Shown one piece after another: positions 15,590-17,225 of a DNA stretch of 17,225 nucleotides. A program made the translations under genes and the position numbers. The notes below the pieces were generated by a model, which worked only from the letters and a program-made list of their open reading frames with translations, was not told the origin of the DNA and made no database searches. Source of the stretch: a virus. How positions within the stretch are numbered: position 1 is the stretch's first letter; each line of letters begins with the position of its first letter. The DNA lies in the UHGV virus genome UHGV-0151125; one strand, given 5' to 3'.

Positions 15590-15834
15590 TCATCACTACT
15601 AAAAATGGCGATATGGTAGATACAGTGCAGATTATCGAAGAAAACGTATATACCATAGATGATGTTAAATACGCGGTGGAAACTGACATGTATATTGCTG
15701 CAACGGTTCAGATACGAATTTGCGATACTGGAAAGAAACAGCTGGAAGTTTCCGACCCGGAAATTGGCAAAGAAGCGCAGTACCATCTACGACAGTTCAT
15801 CAAGTACATGAAACAGTTGGGGAGGTATTACTGA
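15586..15834 (+). CDS. Hypothetical protein, 82 aa (AT-rich island)
   Basis: ATGA overlap with the ATPase stop. Its stop overlaps the next start (TGATG). Confidence 0.5.
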   Translation: MIITTKNGDMVDTVQIIEENVYTIDDVKYAVETDMYIAATVQIRICDTGKKQLEVSDPEIGKEAQYHLRQFIKYMKQLGRYY

Positions 15835-16535
15835 TGGCTGAGCCGGTTATAATCAGCGCTACCAAGCAAGGCGGCGTTGAGAACGCTTACGTAGGAACCA
15901 TCGGAAACGACGGCTATATATACTTCAACGATGTTGACTTCTACCGCTTCAAGAACGAGGGCACGTGGGAGAACAACGTATACGTGCTTAACCGCACTCG
16001 CCACTCATGGACGAAGACGACCATGTTCACCAAGATCAGCGCGCAGAATCTCAATTCAGGCTCTGGAAGCGTCGCACCCGGCGGATCAGGCGTTGAGGGC
16101 GCGTGTCTGTGGGCTGTCGGGATCGCCGACGACAACAGCCACGGCTACGACCAGCCGACGCGGGACGGCGGCGTGGACTTCGACTGCTCGAGCCTTGTGT
16201 CCTGGGCGTTCCGCGAGAACGGATGGGACGTTCCGTTCCCCTCCCCCTCCACCTACAACATGTCCAGCGTGTTCACGGGGCTTGGCTTCAAGAGGTACAA
16301 CGGCAACCCGGCAGCGTCGGATTTGGTGCGCGGGGACATCGTTCTGTTCGAGGGCGACATATCGGCGGGCACCGGGCACGTGGAGCTGTATCTCGGAGAC
16401 GGTATACTCGTGGGCGCGCATATCAACGAGTTCGGGGGCGTGGCCGGAGGGCAGCCGGGAGACCAGACCGGGAACGAGATATCGACCGGCGGGTATTACA
16501 GGAGCTGGAACTGTTGGCTGAGATGGGAGGGTTAG
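15834..16535 (+). CDS. NlpC/P60-family (CHAP-like) cysteine peptidase with an N-terminal ~100-aa extra domain, 233 aa; candidate virion-associated or second lytic peptidoglycan hydrolase
   Basis: RBS ggagg at 15821-15825. FDCSSLVSWAF (catalytic Cys context), GDIVLF...GHVELYLGDG...GAHIN (His region) are typical of NlpC/P60. The ORF track's start at 15720 extends into the upstream gene. Confidence 0.7.
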   Translation: MAEPVIISATKQGGVENAYVGTIGNDGYIYFNDVDFYRFKNEGTWENNVYVLNRTRHSWTKTTMFTKISAQNLNSGSGSVAPGGSGVEGACLWAVGIADDNSHGYDQPTRDGGVDFDCSSLVSWAFRENGWDVPFPSPSTYNMSSVFTGLGFKRYNGNPAASDLVRGDIVLFEGDISAGTGHVELYLGDGILVGAHINEFGGVAGGQPGDQTGNEISTGGYYRSWNCWLRWEG

Positions 16536-16610
16536 GGTGTTGTCGCATTATATTGCACTTGTAGTGGGCACTATGTTAGGTATCGCTATTATGTGTCTGG
16601 TGAGCGGTAA

Positions 16611-16631
16611 TAAATGAACGTTGTTCATTAA
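16611..16631. promoter_or_regulatory. Third copy of the operator-like inverted repeat TAAATGAAC-gtt-GTTCATTAA, overlapping the -35 region of the right-arm promoter
   Basis: Same arm sequence and 3-nt spacer as the ITR copies. Confidence 0.5.
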
Positions 16632-16660
16632 ATCTAATTATCACTTGCTTGTTGTATAAT
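16632..16660 (+). promoter_or_regulatory. Right-arm promoter with consensus TATAAT (16655-16660), TG just upstream, poor -35
   Basis: TATAAT sits 43 nt upstream of ATG 16703, with an RBS in between. Confidence 0.45.
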
Positions 16661-16702
16661 ACAGTTGTAGGGATAAGTCGAAGGGTGAATGGAGGAATTG
16701 AC

Positions 16703-16975
16703 ATGTTTCTAGGGCTTCCGGGATTTGCGTGGTTCGTGATCGGCGTTATCGTGGTGGCAGTGCTGGTCACAGTGGCAAATTGGTATATCATGTACTGCGT
16801 GTTCGACTGGGCAGTGCATCATGTAAAGCATGTTTGGTTGGAAGAGCCTACGGATGCGATTGACATTAAGGAAAGCGAATATCCTAAGCCCATTAAAAGA
16901 GAAATTTCTGATGAAGAATATGAGAATTGGGAAAAATGGATGGATTACTTGGAGGATAGACGTGAGGATGCATGA
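16703..16975 (+). CDS. Small membrane protein, 90 aa (N-terminal TM helix, acidic C-terminal tail)
   Basis: RBS ggagg at 16691-16695, 7 nt to the ATG. Hydrophobic stretch FAWFVIGVIVVAVLVTVANWYIMY. The track's longer start at 16649 lacks an RBS. Confidence 0.55.
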   Translation: MFLGLPGFAWFVIGVIVVAVLVTVANWYIMYCVFDWAVHHVKHVWLEEPTDAIDIKESEYPKPIKREISDEEYENWEKWMDYLEDRREDA

Positions 16976-17051
16976 GGAGCAGATAGTTGCGTGCTTGTTT
17001 ATGGCGGTCATTTTGGCCGCCTTACTCATTGTCAAACTGACAGCGCATTGA
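16968..17051 (+). CDS. 27-aa hydrophobic mini-ORF (MHEEQIVACLFMAVILAALLIVKLTAH) running into the right ITR
   Basis: ATG 16968 preceded by gtgagg. The 3' third lies inside the ITR. Speculative. Confidence 0.2.
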   Translation: MHEEQIVACLFMAVILAALLIVKLTAH

Positions 17052-17225
17052 TGAACGATGTTCATTAATTGCATGATTGAGATGACAATTGGAAAATGAT
17101 TTGACATGAGGTGATGAAGCTTGTATAATGAGGGTATCAAATCCAGCAGACAATTGAAGATGGGGGGAAAGAGGGTGTCAGATTTACTTTTATACCTGAC
17201 TCTTATACACATCTCCGAGCCCACG
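17016..17225. repeat. Right inverted terminal repeat (17196-17225 is adapter)
   Basis: Reverse complement of 1-210. Confidence 0.7.

Noticed and set aside
1-17225. tRNA genes, CRISPR arrays, integrase and attachment sites
   Set aside because: No cloverleaf-compatible 70-90 nt segments, no regularly spaced direct repeats, and no recombinase or integrase-like ORF were seen. The genome appears strictly lytic and linear.

Overview
The window reads as a complete, or nearly complete, linear genome of a small phi29-like podovirus that replicates by protein priming (Salasmaviridae/Picovirinae-type), about 17.2 kb. Protein comparisons are against phi29 proteins recalled from memory, not a database search. 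Both contig ends carry the same 30-nt Illumina Nextera/Tn5 mosaic-end adapter, so the true termini are not resolved. Inside the adapters lies a perfect 210-bp inverted terminal repeat (1-210 vs 17016-17225) that contains a near-consensus sigma70-type promoter and an operator-like palindrome. All convincing genes are on the + strand and follow phi29 order. The first is an AT-rich left early module of four small ORFs, closed by a rho-independent terminator. The replication genes follow: candidate p6-like and SSB-like proteins, a terminal protein at 2641-3381, and a family-B protein-primed DNA polymerase at 3383-5071 with motifs DFETT, YxxNxxFD, DVNSLYPS, KMNSSYGK, YADTDS. The late genes then run scaffold-like protein, major capsid with a C-terminal Ig-like domain, tail knob (gp9-like), connector/portal (gp10-like, with FEWENLP), lower collar, beta-helix tailspike/appendage, a small single-TM holin, a GH25 endolysin, packaging ATPase (gp16-like, with GIRGAGKT) and an NlpC/P60 peptidase. 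A short right arm encodes a small membrane protein behind its own TATAAT promoter. The most interesting signals are in Part 2. First, composition is sharply mosaic: a roughly 60% GC core versus roughly 40% GC arms and islands, including the C-terminal half of the tailspike. Second, a GC-rich, highly structured 200-nt non-coding region lies just upstream of the packaging ATPase; it is a candidate packaging RNA or a gene remnant. Third, there is a chain of ATGA-coupled mini-ORFs and a hydrophobic 24-aa peptide. Fourth, a conserved 30-nt leader is duplicated in front of two early genes. Fifth, there is a three-copy operator palindrome. No tRNA, CRISPR array, integrase or att sites were seen. Minus-strand ORFs look like GC-driven artefacts.
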